Below, piece by piece: positions 48,218-56,931 of a DNA stretch of 61,464 bases. The stretch is from Thermoplasmata archaeon. GTDB taxonomy: Archaea; Thermoplasmatota; Thermoplasmata; Lutacidiplasmatales; UBA184. Position 1 is the stretch's first letter, and each line of letters opens with the position of its first letter. Location of the stretch: the NCBI GenBank assembly GCA_050013595.1, contig JBEKEY010000004.1:1-61464 (forward strand), written 5' to 3'. The notes under the pieces were generated by a model. It was not told the origin of the DNA. It did not search any database and worked only from the letters and a program-made list of their open reading frames with translations. The translations under genes were made by a program, and so were the position numbers.

Positions 48218-48730
48218 ATGAATCGGTCGATCGCCTTCATCGGGCTCTTTCTCGTCGCCCTGGGGTTCGGCCTCGTGGCGTATCCCATCGCGTTCACGGG
48301 CCACGAGCAGCTCGACCTCGAGCAGGAACTCGGTTTCCTCGTCGCACCGCTCGGTCTCGTGGTCGTGATGCTCGGAGCCCTCGCGCACGACCCCGAGCTG
48401 ACGACCGTCGGTGGTGCGTTCGGCAATCCGGAGGTCGCCCTCGGACGCCCCGCCCGGACGTCGACCGTCGATTCGCGGGCGGCCCGTCTCTACAATCCGC
48501 ACGAGCCGGTGAACTGCCGCTTCTGCGGAACCGTGATCTCGGCCGACCTCGCGATGTGCCCGCGCTGCGCCCGACCGCGGGACTGCCGGACCTGTCTTCG
48601 CCCCCTCGGCTTCGTGAAGGACGTCGTCACGTGCCCCGGCTGCGCGAGGACCGAGGGTCTCTGCCACTGTCCCCGCCTCGCTCGCCCGAACCCGAGCCCG
48701 CAATCCCGCGGCACTCCACGGAGACGCTGA
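48218..48730 (+). CDS. 2-TM membrane protein with multiple zinc-ribbon CxxC motifs
   Basis: Two TM, then CRFC, CPRC, CRTC, CPGC, CHC. Confidence 0.75.
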   Translation: MNRSIAFIGLFLVALGFGLVAYPIAFTGHEQLDLEQELGFLVAPLGLVVVMLGALAHDPELTTVGGAFGNPEVALGRPARTSTVDSRAARLYNPHEPVNCRFCGTVISADLAMCPRCARPRDCRTCLRPLGFVKDVVTCPGCARTEGLCHCPRLARPNPSPQSRGTPRRR

Positions 48731-49278
48731 TGCCCGAGCCCGACGGGTTCCGGATTCCTCGCGGGATCGCGACGAGCGAGCTTTCGCCGCCGCTCGTCGT
48801 TCATTTTGACGGCGCGTGTCAACCCCCGGGAGGCGGAGGGGTCGCCGGGTGGGGGTTCGTGATCGAAGGCCCCGGGCTCCGGTACGAGGACTGCGGGCTC
48901 GCGACCCGGCCGTACTCGCCGCACTCGACGAACAACGTGGCCGAATACGTCGGTGCGATCCGAGCCCTCGAATACCTTCGGTCGACCGGGTACGACGGTG
49001 ACGTCGTCGTCGAGGGAGATAGCCAGCTCGTGGTCCGCCAGATGAACGGTGAGTACGAGGTCCGCGCGGAGCACCTGAGGGCCTACCACGACTGGCTGGC
49101 CACGCTCACCCACTCGTTCCACCATGTCGAGTTCCGCTGGGTCCCGCGGGAGGAAAACACGGCCGCGGACGCGCTCTCGAAACAGGCGGTCGAGTTCGCG
49201 TGGGACGACGCGAAGCGCCATCGCCCGACGCGACCCCTGGTCGTCGCCGAGCGAGAGCCGGACGCCGACCGGTACTGA
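48730..49278 (+). CDS. rnhA: Ribonuclease HI
   Basis: VHFDGAC, TNNVAEY, EGDSQLVVRQM, WVPREEN..ADALS. Confidence 0.92.
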   Translation: MPEPDGFRIPRGIATSELSPPLVVHFDGACQPPGGGGVAGWGFVIEGPGLRYEDCGLATRPYSPHSTNNVAEYVGAIRALEYLRSTGYDGDVVVEGDSQLVVRQMNGEYEVRAEHLRAYHDWLATLTHSFHHVEFRWVPREENTAADALSKQAVEFAWDDAKRHRPTRPLVVAEREPDADRY

Positions 49279-49287
49279 GCCGCGGGG

Positions 49288-49509
49288 TCAGCCCCAGCGG
49301 ACCGTGTAGACGAGCGTGCGGCCTTCCATAGCCGCGCGGGCCCGGGCCGAGTCCACGTAGGTGGCGAACGCGGCGGCGGCCTCGGGAGTGAGCTTCGGTC
49401 GGACTCCGTACCCCCGGGGTTCCCCCTGGCCGAGGAACTCCGGACGGGGCGGGGCGAGCGCCGGTGGTTCCGGCGCAGGGGGAGGGGCCTTGCGGATCGC
49501 GGCACTCAT
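49288..49509 (-). CDS. 73-aa hypothetical protein
   Basis: ATG preceded by GAGGGAG, GC-biased codons, Pro-rich N-terminus, fills an otherwise empty gap. Confidence 0.55.
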   Translation of the reverse strand: MSAAIRKAPPPAPEPPALAPPRPEFLGQGEPRGYGVRPKLTPEAAAAFATYVDSARARAAMEGRTLVYTVRWG

Positions 49510-49853
49510 GCGAATGGGGCTCCCTCGTGTGCCACGTGAAGAGATTCTACCCGCAGGCACGGAAGGACTGCGAGAGGAAGGTCGGCGTCCAAGGACGGCA
49601 TGACCCAGACAGGAAGCGAAGCGAGTATCGCTCGGCCATCGGGGTTGTCGGACACGTGCGCAGCAACCTGTCAGACGCACGTCGTACATAAAGCCGAAAG
49701 TTCGACTGGAAATGGAGGGGAGGGGTCCTCCGGCCTGACGGAGAAGTCCGGCGGACATCGGGCAGACCGTTTTCGTTGGAACGAGGGCTCGCGGAGTCCC
49801 TATTTAAAGTGGGGACGGATGGCCCCGACCGTCCTACCGGGGAGTCGCACGCC

Positions 49854-51581
49854 ATGGCGCAATTGCAGGCGGGGGAGTTTCTGAGACGCGCGGAGGCGGC
49901 CCTCCTCGACCTTTCCGTCGAGTCCCAGAAGGCGGACTGGGTCTACGACACGTACATCAACCCGGACAGCGAGCTTCTCGCGGCGCGCGCCTCCGCCCGA
50001 CTGATCGCGGCCACGGTCGGGCTCGCGAAGGAATCGACCCGCTTTCCGACCCCGGCACTCACGGCCGTCGATGCGCGGAAGGCGAAGCTGCTGCGGCTGA
50101 TGCTGCCGCTGATCGCCCCGTCGGACCCCAACGAGTCCGAGGAGCTCTCGCGCCGGGTGACGGCGATGCGAGGGACGTACGCGAAGGGTCGCTACGCTCC
50201 CCGGTCCTCGGCGGGACCGCTCGACCTTCAGGGCCTTTCACGGATCTTGAGCGAGAGCCGTGACCCGACGCTCCTCGAGGAGGTCTGGACGGGATGGCAC
50301 CGGGTGGGCCGTTCCATCCGCCCCGACTTCGTTCGGTACGTTGAGCTCGCGAACCGCGGGGCGACCGAACTCGGGTTCGCGGATACCGGGGCGATGTGGC
50401 GTTCCAAGTACGACATGGAGCCCGCCGACTTCTCGCGGGAGGTCGACCGCCTTTGGTCCGAGGTCGAACCGCTCTACCGTTCGTTGCACGCATACGTCCG
50501 TCGCCGCCTGCTCGAGCATTACGGGAGCGACCGGGTCCCCGCCCACGGACCCCTTCCGAATCACCTGCTCGGCAACATGTGGGCGCAGGCCTGGGACGGG
50601 ACGCTCCCGCTCCTCGCACCGCCTTCGAACGGGAGTGACGTCGACCTGACCGAGCTGCTCGTGAAGCGGGGACTGTCGGAGCTGGACCTCGTGCGGGCGG
50701 CGGAGCGCTTCTTCGTTTCCCTCGGGTTCGATCCGCTCCCCGCGACCTTCTGGGAGCGTTCGATGTTCGTCCGGCCGCGCGACCGGGAGGTGGTCTGCCA
50801 CGCGAGCGCCTGGGACGTCGATTGCGTCGACGACCTGCGGCTCAAGATGTGCATCGAGGTCACGGGCGAGGATTTCATGACGGTCCATCACGAGCTCGGC
50901 CACAACTACTACCAGCGGGCGTATGCTCGTCAGCCCTTCCTCTTCCGCGATAGCGCGAACGACGGGTTTCACGAGGCGATCGGCGACACCATCGCCCTCT
51001 CCGTCACTCCGGAGTACCTAGTACAGGTGGGCCTCCTCGACCGCGCGACCGACCCGGAAGGCGACATCGGACTCCTCCTCCGTCGGGCCCTCGAGAAGGT
51101 GGCGTTCCTCCCGTTCGGTCTGGTCGTCGACAAATGGCGGTGGGAAGTCTTCTCCGGAGCGATCCGCCCGGACGAATACAACGCGAGCTGGTGGGAGATG
51201 CGCCAGCGCTGGCAGGGCGTCAGTCCGCCCTCGGCGCGCAGCGACGAGGAGTTCGACGCGGGCGCGAAGTATCACGTCCCGGCGAACGTGCCGTACGTGC
51301 GCTACTTCCTCGCGCATATCCTCCAGTTCCAGTTCCACCGAGCGCTCGCGCGCGAGGCCGGCTCCACCGGTCCGCTGCATCGGGCGTCGATCTACGGGTC
51401 GAAGAAAGCTGGCCGTCGGCTCGCGACGGCCCTCGAGATGGGCATGAGCCACGAATGGCCCGACGAACTCGAGGCCCTGACGGGCGACCGTCGGATGGAC
51501 TCGGCGGGCTTGCTCGAGTATTTCGCACCGCTCCAGCACTGGCTCGACGAGCAGAATCGCTCAAGTCCGGTCGGTTGGTAG
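49854..51581 (+). CDS. M2 family peptidyl-dipeptidase (ACE-like)
   Basis: HLLGNMWAQ.W, VVCHASAWD, HHELGH, ANDGFHEAIGD, FDAGAKYHVP, LLEYFAPL. Confidence 0.95.
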   Translation: MAQLQAGEFLRRAEAALLDLSVESQKADWVYDTYINPDSELLAARASARLIAATVGLAKESTRFPTPALTAVDARKAKLLRLMLPLIAPSDPNESEELSRRVTAMRGTYAKGRYAPRSSAGPLDLQGLSRILSESRDPTLLEEVWTGWHRVGRSIRPDFVRYVELANRGATELGFADTGAMWRSKYDMEPADFSREVDRLWSEVEPLYRSLHAYVRRRLLEHYGSDRVPAHGPLPNHLLGNMWAQAWDGTLPLLAPPSNGSDVDLTELLVKRGLSELDLVRAAERFFVSLGFDPLPATFWERSMFVRPRDREVVCHASAWDVDCVDDLRLKMCIEVTGEDFMTVHHELGHNYYQRAYARQPFLFRDSANDGFHEAIGDTIALSVTPEYLVQVGLLDRATDPEGDIGLLLRRALEKVAFLPFGLVVDKWRWEVFSGAIRPDEYNASWWEMRQRWQGVSPPSARSDEEFDAGAKYHVPANVPYVRYFLAHILQFQFHRALAREAGSTGPLHRASIYGSKKAGRRLATALEMGMSHEWPDELEALTGDRRMDSAGLLEYFAPLQHWLDEQNRSSPVGW

Positions 51582-51635
51582 CGCAGCGCGGTGCGACACC
51601 GAGGGTATTAGGTTCTCGACACCCTTCCTCCGGAC

Positions 51636-52112
51636 ATGCTTCTGGGTCACGGGGAGAGCGTGCTCCGCAGCGCCTACGCGGTCGCCGACGGCGGGGACGG
51701 ACCCGTGCCTCCGAAAGGTCCGGGCGTTCTCTATGCCACGAACATACGGGTCGTCTTCGAGGCGCCTGTCGGCCGGCCGAGGATCGGACGACGCGCCGGA
51801 GCCGATACGCAGATCCAACTCGATGCGTCCCTGCACGAGCTGAGGAACGTGGTGGTGCGCCGGGGCCGCCTCGGGCGGCCTCGGCTCGTCCTCGACCTCC
51901 CGCACGCCCGCGTCTCCTTCGACGTGCTCGAACCGGAGGCGTGGACGGTCACTATCGCCCAGGCGAAGCGCTCGATCCCTCCCTCCTCCGCGTACGGGGG
52001 CGGGCTCGTCCACACCATCGAGCGGCAGGTAGTGAAGGTCCGGTGTCGGTTCTGCGGAAGCCTCGGCAACGAGGTCGACGGACGGTGCCCGGCCTGCGGG
52101 GCTCCGCTCTGA
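51636..52112 (+). CDS. PH-like domain protein with C-terminal zinc ribbon
   Basis: GESVL...GVLYATNIRVVFE, CRFCG...CPACGAPL. Confidence 0.65.
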   Translation: MLLGHGESVLRSAYAVADGGDGPVPPKGPGVLYATNIRVVFEAPVGRPRIGRRAGADTQIQLDASLHELRNVVVRRGRLGRPRLVLDLPHARVSFDVLEPEAWTVTIAQAKRSIPPSSAYGGGLVHTIERQVVKVRCRFCGSLGNEVDGRCPACGAPL

Positions 52113-52128
52113 CCGCGTTCGCGTTCGT

Positions 52129-53727
52129 TCAGAACGGCAGCTCGCGGAAGAGGTCGCGGAACCCGGAGACGGTCCAGTAGGCCGCGAGGCTTCCGAGCCC
52201 GAGGGCGAGCGCGGCGCAGACGAGCGCGAGCGGCAGCGAGGCCGCGGAAGGGTACAGCAGGGCGAACGACCCGGGGATGAGGATCCCGAAGAGGATCACC
52301 ATGCCCGACCCTGTCGCGGCGAGCATGCCGCCGGGCCGCAGGAACTGGGGGCGTGGCCGGTCCTGGAAGTCGGAGTAGCGCGAGGCGAACACGAGTCCCC
52401 AGAAGGTGAGCACCACCGAGAGGCTGAGCCCGAGGAGCAGGACCCCGACGATCTCGACGGGCGCGAATCCAAAGACGAACCCGACGACGAGGGCGAGGGC
52501 CAAAGCCACGACGAGGGACGGAAGGAGCACGAACGTCACCTTCGCTCTCACGATGCTCCCGACCGATAGTGGGTAGGAGTACAGCGACTGGAGGGCCCGG
52601 CGTTCCTGGCCGAGTGACGTCCCTCCGATCAGGAGAGCGAAGAAGCCGGCGACCCATCCGACCCACACGACCGAGCCGAACTCTCCGAAGGCGGCCCCCT
52701 CCACGAGGACGAGGATCACGAGCACGATCGGCAGGACCAACGTCGGTAGCATCTCGCGGCGACGGACGAGTCCCTTGAGGTCCTTCGCGACCAGAGCGGA
52801 CTCCGGGGCGGTGAGACCGAGGAAGGAGAGAACCGGGCTCCGGGCGGCATACCGGTGCTCCTCGAGACGGACCTCGGTGGCTGCGGGAACCCAGTAGCGG
52901 ACACGCAGCTCTCCGGCGACGTAGACGAGGACCGCGACGAACGCGAACTGGCCAGCCGCGAACGCGATGCCGAGCCCGAGGTCTCCCGCGGCCAATTGCG
53001 TCAACGCCTGGGTGGACCAGAAGAACGGGACCACGGAGGTGACGAGCCCGACCGCCGAGAGACGCTGCGCGAGTCCGAGCAGGAAGACCGGGTTGAACGC
53101 GAGCTGTAGCGCAAGGATGACGACGACCAGGACGAGGGCCCGGAACACGAGGTTGAGCTGGCCCCGTCGCCCCGCGCCCACCGAGCTCGCGCGCTGGGTG
53201 GCCGAGCGGACCATCTCGACGAGGACCGCTCCCTCGAAGAGAGCGAGGACGGAGAAGAGCGCGCTCGCCACGTACGTGGCCAGGATCCCGCCCGCGAGGG
53301 CGAACGGAAGCAGCCCGCCGAGCGCGAGCGCGACCGCCGGCGAGTACGTGTAGGCGATCGCGCTGGCGGACGCGGAGACGTATTCGGCCGGCGTGACGGG
53401 AAGCCAGTTCGCGGCATCGCTTCCCGCGAACTTCGCGGTGGTCGTGAGCTCGAACATGACCCCCGCGACGAGCACGACGCCGACCGCGACGAGCGGCAGG
53501 AACGGGAGCAGCGCGTTCCCGAGCGCGCCCGCTTGGGCGGCCGTGAGCGCGCTCGCCCGAACCGCTCCGAACCCGAGGCCGAGGGCGGCGAGGAAGAGCA
53601 CGAAGTCGATCACCGCGATCAGCGCGGGTTGCCCGAAGGGACTCTGCGGGTCGGACGAGCTCCTCCCGGACCGAAGTTGGGAGGCGACCAGGGTCCCGGC
53701 GAGGCGCCGGACGCGGTGAAGGTCCAT
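52129..53727 (-). CDS. ABC transporter permease (multi-TM exporter type)
   Basis: About 14 TM, LVAKDLKGLVRR, YPLSVGSIVRAK; follows the ATPase gene. Confidence 0.8.
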   Translation of the reverse strand: MDLHRVRRLAGTLVASQLRSGRSSSDPQSPFGQPALIAVIDFVLFLAALGLGFGAVRASALTAAQAGALGNALLPFLPLVAVGVVLVAGVMFELTTTAKFAGSDAANWLPVTPAEYVSASASAIAYTYSPAVALALGGLLPFALAGGILATYVASALFSVLALFEGAVLVEMVRSATQRASSVGAGRRGQLNLVFRALVLVVVILALQLAFNPVFLLGLAQRLSAVGLVTSVVPFFWSTQALTQLAAGDLGLGIAFAAGQFAFVAVLVYVAGELRVRYWVPAATEVRLEEHRYAARSPVLSFLGLTAPESALVAKDLKGLVRRREMLPTLVLPIVLVILVLVEGAAFGEFGSVVWVGWVAGFFALLIGGTSLGQERRALQSLYSYPLSVGSIVRAKVTFVLLPSLVVALALALVVGFVFGFAPVEIVGVLLLGLSLSVVLTFWGLVFASRYSDFQDRPRPQFLRPGGMLAATGSGMVILFGILIPGSFALLYPSAASLPLALVCAALALGLGSLAAYWTVSGFRDLFRELPF

Positions 53728-53734
53728 CGAACTC

Positions 53735-54586
53735 CTACCGGCTCAACGCGTCGACGACATCCCGAAGGTCGCCCGTGCCGGTGAGGGACAGGAAGACCTC
53801 CTCGAGGTCGCGACCGGCGAGGCCCGCCCCGTCGCGCAGGGCCGAGACCGTGCCGGAGGCGAGGACCCGACCCCGATGGAGGATCACGACCCGGTCGCAG
53901 ATCGCCTGCGCGATCTCGAGCACGTGGGTGCTGAACAGGACCGCGACGCCCTCGTGGTCCGCGAGGTTCCGTAGGAGGTCCTTCGTCACCCGGGCCGAGC
54001 GCGGGTCGAGGCCGTTCAAGGGTTCGTCGAGGACGAGCAGCTTCGGACGATGCGCGAGCGCCGCGATGAGCGCGACCTTCTGCTTCATGCCTTGGGAGTA
54101 GCCGCTGATCAGCGAGTTCTCGTGACCGGCGAGCTCGAATCCCGTGAGGAACTGTTGGATCCTTTCGCGACGGTTGGTCGGGCTCAGGCCGTACATGTCC
54201 GCCACGAAGTCGAGGTACTCCGCCCCCGTGAGGAACTCGTAGAGCGCGGGGGCCTCGGGCACGTAACCGAGCTGCCGCTTCGTCGCGACGGGGTCCTCGG
54301 TGACGTCGCGGCCGAAGAGGCGGATCGTGCCCGAGTCGGGACGGAGAAGGCCCAGGACCGCCTTCATCGTCGTCGACTTGCCCGCGCCATTCGGTCCGAG
54401 GAGGCCGACGATCTGGCCGGCGGGGACCGAAAAGCTGACGGAGGTGAGGGCGTCGACGGGACCGAACGACTTCGAAACCCGAACGACCTCGAGCGACGGG
54501 GAGGCGTTCGTTGCTGCGGGGGTCCGCAGCGGCGCTCCGGAACGAAGGGAAGCCATCGAACGGGTGAGAAGAGGAGCGCCGCTCAT
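53735..54586 (-). CDS. ABC transporter ATP-binding protein
   Basis: GPNGAGKST, YSQGMKQK, LVLDEP, STH; start may be 54556. Confidence 0.95.
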   Translation of the reverse strand: MSGAPLLTRSMASLRSGAPLRTPAATNASPSLEVVRVSKSFGPVDALTSVSFSVPAGQIVGLLGPNGAGKSTTMKAVLGLLRPDSGTIRLFGRDVTEDPVATKRQLGYVPEAPALYEFLTGAEYLDFVADMYGLSPTNRRERIQQFLTGFELAGHENSLISGYSQGMKQKVALIAALAHRPKLLVLDEPLNGLDPRSARVTKDLLRNLADHEGVAVLFSTHVLEIAQAICDRVVILHRGRVLASGTVSALRDGAGLAGRDLEEVFLSLTGTGDLRDVVDALSR

Positions 54587-54690
54587 TAACCCGCGGGGCG
54601 CGGGCGTGTCGGCCGATTCGCGCGCGCGAGGTACGTCGAGGCCCTCCGCGGAGAAGGGAAGAGGCGCCCGAAGCGACCGAAGCGGATCGG

Positions 54691-55308
54691 TCAGTTCTCG
54701 AGCGGTGGGTTCGACTCGAGGGACTCGGCCGCGAAGAAACTGACCGGTCCCACGATGTCGTGACCCGAGGGACGCAGCGCCCCCACCGCGTGAACCAGTA
54801 GTTCGTAGGCGGAGTCCTCGGCCTCGTCGGTCTCGTCCCCCGAGCTCTCCCCTCGAACGTAAACGCGCAGAACGCCCCGGTCAATGCCGAGGAGGACATA
54901 CCCGACCCCGTCCCGCCGGGCCCAAGCCAGGAGTCGCCCCGACGGACCGTCCACGACCCCGACCCACCGTAACGACCCGAACCATCGACCCGACAGACGG
55001 CCGAGAACCGATTCCGGAGGGGCGCCCGGCGGAAGGTCGACTTGGCCGATCGGTCGGAGGTCGTTGGAGGTTCTGGGGACTCCTTGCGGCACCTCGTCGA
55101 GCGCCCGATATCCGCTGTCCGAGCGTTCGATCCGTCCCTCGCGTTCGAGTCGGCGAAGCGAGCGCGAGAGGGATTCGGGATGGGCGTGGAGGACCCGTCG
55201 GAGTCCGCTGAACGCGATCCGTCCGTGGAGCCCTTGAAGGGTGTCAAGGATTCGCTCGTCCAACCCCCCTGAGAGCGCCGGTGCAGACTCGTCTCGAAGC
55301 GTGGGCAT
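54691..55308 (-). CDS. Winged-helix DNA-binding protein
   Basis: FSGLRRVLHAHPESLSRSLRRLEREGRIERSDSGY. Confidence 0.75.
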   Translation of the reverse strand: MPTLRDESAPALSGGLDERILDTLQGLHGRIAFSGLRRVLHAHPESLSRSLRRLEREGRIERSDSGYRALDEVPQGVPRTSNDLRPIGQVDLPPGAPPESVLGRLSGRWFGSLRWVGVVDGPSGRLLAWARRDGVGYVLLGIDRGVLRVYVRGESSGDETDEAEDSAYELLVHAVGALRPSGHDIVGPVSFFAAESLESNPPLEN

Positions 55309-55480
55309 CGTCGTCGCCACGAGGCGGTCACGGTTAAACCGACGGTAACGCGCCGGTTACCAAGTCAACCCGGACGGATTCGAGAGCCGCCCGACCGGCT
55401 GTGACTGGCCCCCGAGCGACCCGGTCAATATCCTCCCCCTGCCGATGAGGGGTCCGGAACGATGGTTCCTCGGTGATGAA

Positions 55481-55735
55481 ATGAGCGAAAACGAGAACGA
55501 ATGTGGGTCGGACGGAGCGAACTTCGGGCCGTGGGTCTGGTCGGCCTATCGCGCCTACAACGAGCTCCTCCGCGAGAAAGTGAAGAAGCGATTCGATGCC
55601 CAAGAAGGTCCGTGGATGGACAAGGTGGCCGACCTGCTCGTGCAGGTCGTCAACGCCCGTTGGGAAGGCGGCCGGAAGAAAGAGAAGGAACTCGAGGAGC
55701 TCTACCACCGTCTCGAGCAGCTCCTTTCGGAGTGA
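55481..55735 (+). CDS. Small helical hypothetical protein
   Basis: ATG after GGTGA, amphipathic charged helices. Confidence 0.65.
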   Translation: MSENENECGSDGANFGPWVWSAYRAYNELLREKVKKRFDAQEGPWMDKVADLLVQVVNARWEGGRKKEKELEELYHRLEQLLSE

Positions 55736-55854
55736 GCCTCATGGAAAGCCCCCTCCCGCTCCATCCGATGCCCGCCCCTCCGTCCGGTCCCGAGCCGATG
55801 TTGCCGGGCCGGCGGAGCCGCCGATAGGTCCGCTCGGGAAGCCCGGACAAGCCG

Positions 55855-56814
55855 ATGCCGCTCAGTGAGTTCGAGCGTCGAATCACGACCGCCGTCGAGG
55901 CCGTCGGGCCGAGCGTGGCGGGCGTCGAGAGCCTCCATCTCGGACGCCGTCACAGCGCCTCCGGGTTCGGAGTCCCGGCGCGGGCGACGGCCGTGATCAT
56001 CGACCGCCCGGGGTATCTGATCACGAATCAGCACGTGGTGGAAGGCGCCGCGCGCATCCGGGTTCACCTGCCCGACGGCCGGGACTTGGACGGCGAGGTC
56101 GTCGGCGGGGACGAGGCGACCGACGTCGCGCTCCTGCGGGTGGACGGGATCGACCTTCCTCCCGCCCGACTGGGGGCGTCCGAGAACCTGCGCGTCGGCC
56201 AACTCGTCCTCGCGGTGGGGCACGCGCTGGGCCTTCCCGGAGGACCCACCGTCTCGGTCGGAGTCGTGAGCGCCCTCGGCCGTCCACTCCCCGGGTCGGA
56301 TTTCATCTTCGAGGGACTGATTCAAACCGACGCTGCGATCAACCCCGGCAACAGCGGCGGTCCGCTGGTCGACCTCGAAGGAGCGGTCGTGGGAATCAAT
56401 TCGGCCATGGTTCCCTTTGCCCAGGGGGTCGGTTTCGCCCTTCCGATCCACGCGGTGGCGCGGATCGCGGACGAACTCCGCCGGAAGGGCCGGGTGGTAC
56501 GACCCTGGATTGGGGTGATGGTGGCCGAGCTCGGTCCGGACCTCGCCCGACAGTACTCCCTTCCCGCGTGGTCCGGCTTATTGGTCGCCGAAGTGGTGGC
56601 TCGGTCTCCGGCGCACCGAGCAGGGATCCGAACGGGTGACCTCATCCGTGAGGTTGGACCTTTCGGGGTCACGCGGGTGCGCGACCTCCTCGAGTCCCTC
56701 GCGAAATTCCCCGTGGGGTCCGACCTCCAGCTCACCGTTCAGCGGAGGGGCGCCCCGATCACGGTGAATATGCCTCTGCAGGAGCACCCGGAGTCGGTCC
56801 CCGAGCAAGGGTAG
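55855..56814 (+). CDS. HtrA/DegP-like serine protease with PDZ domain, no evident signal or TM
   Basis: TNQHVV, TDVALL, IQTDAAINPGNSGGPL, RPWIGV PDZ. Confidence 0.93.
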   Translation: MPLSEFERRITTAVEAVGPSVAGVESLHLGRRHSASGFGVPARATAVIIDRPGYLITNQHVVEGAARIRVHLPDGRDLDGEVVGGDEATDVALLRVDGIDLPPARLGASENLRVGQLVLAVGHALGLPGGPTVSVGVVSALGRPLPGSDFIFEGLIQTDAAINPGNSGGPLVDLEGAVVGINSAMVPFAQGVGFALPIHAVARIADELRRKGRVVRPWIGVMVAELGPDLARQYSLPAWSGLLVAEVVARSPAHRAGIRTGDLIREVGPFGVTRVRDLLESLAKFPVGSDLQLTVQRRGAPITVNMPLQEHPESVPEQG

Positions 56815-56931
56815 TACAGGTCCGGGTGTCATGGGGATCGCTGGGGGGAAACCCCCGCGCGCGGAGGGGCCTTTGTCCCCGGACTCGCGGTCGAACGGCT
56901 ATAAGACGTGGGTCGTTTACCTAAGCGGGCT

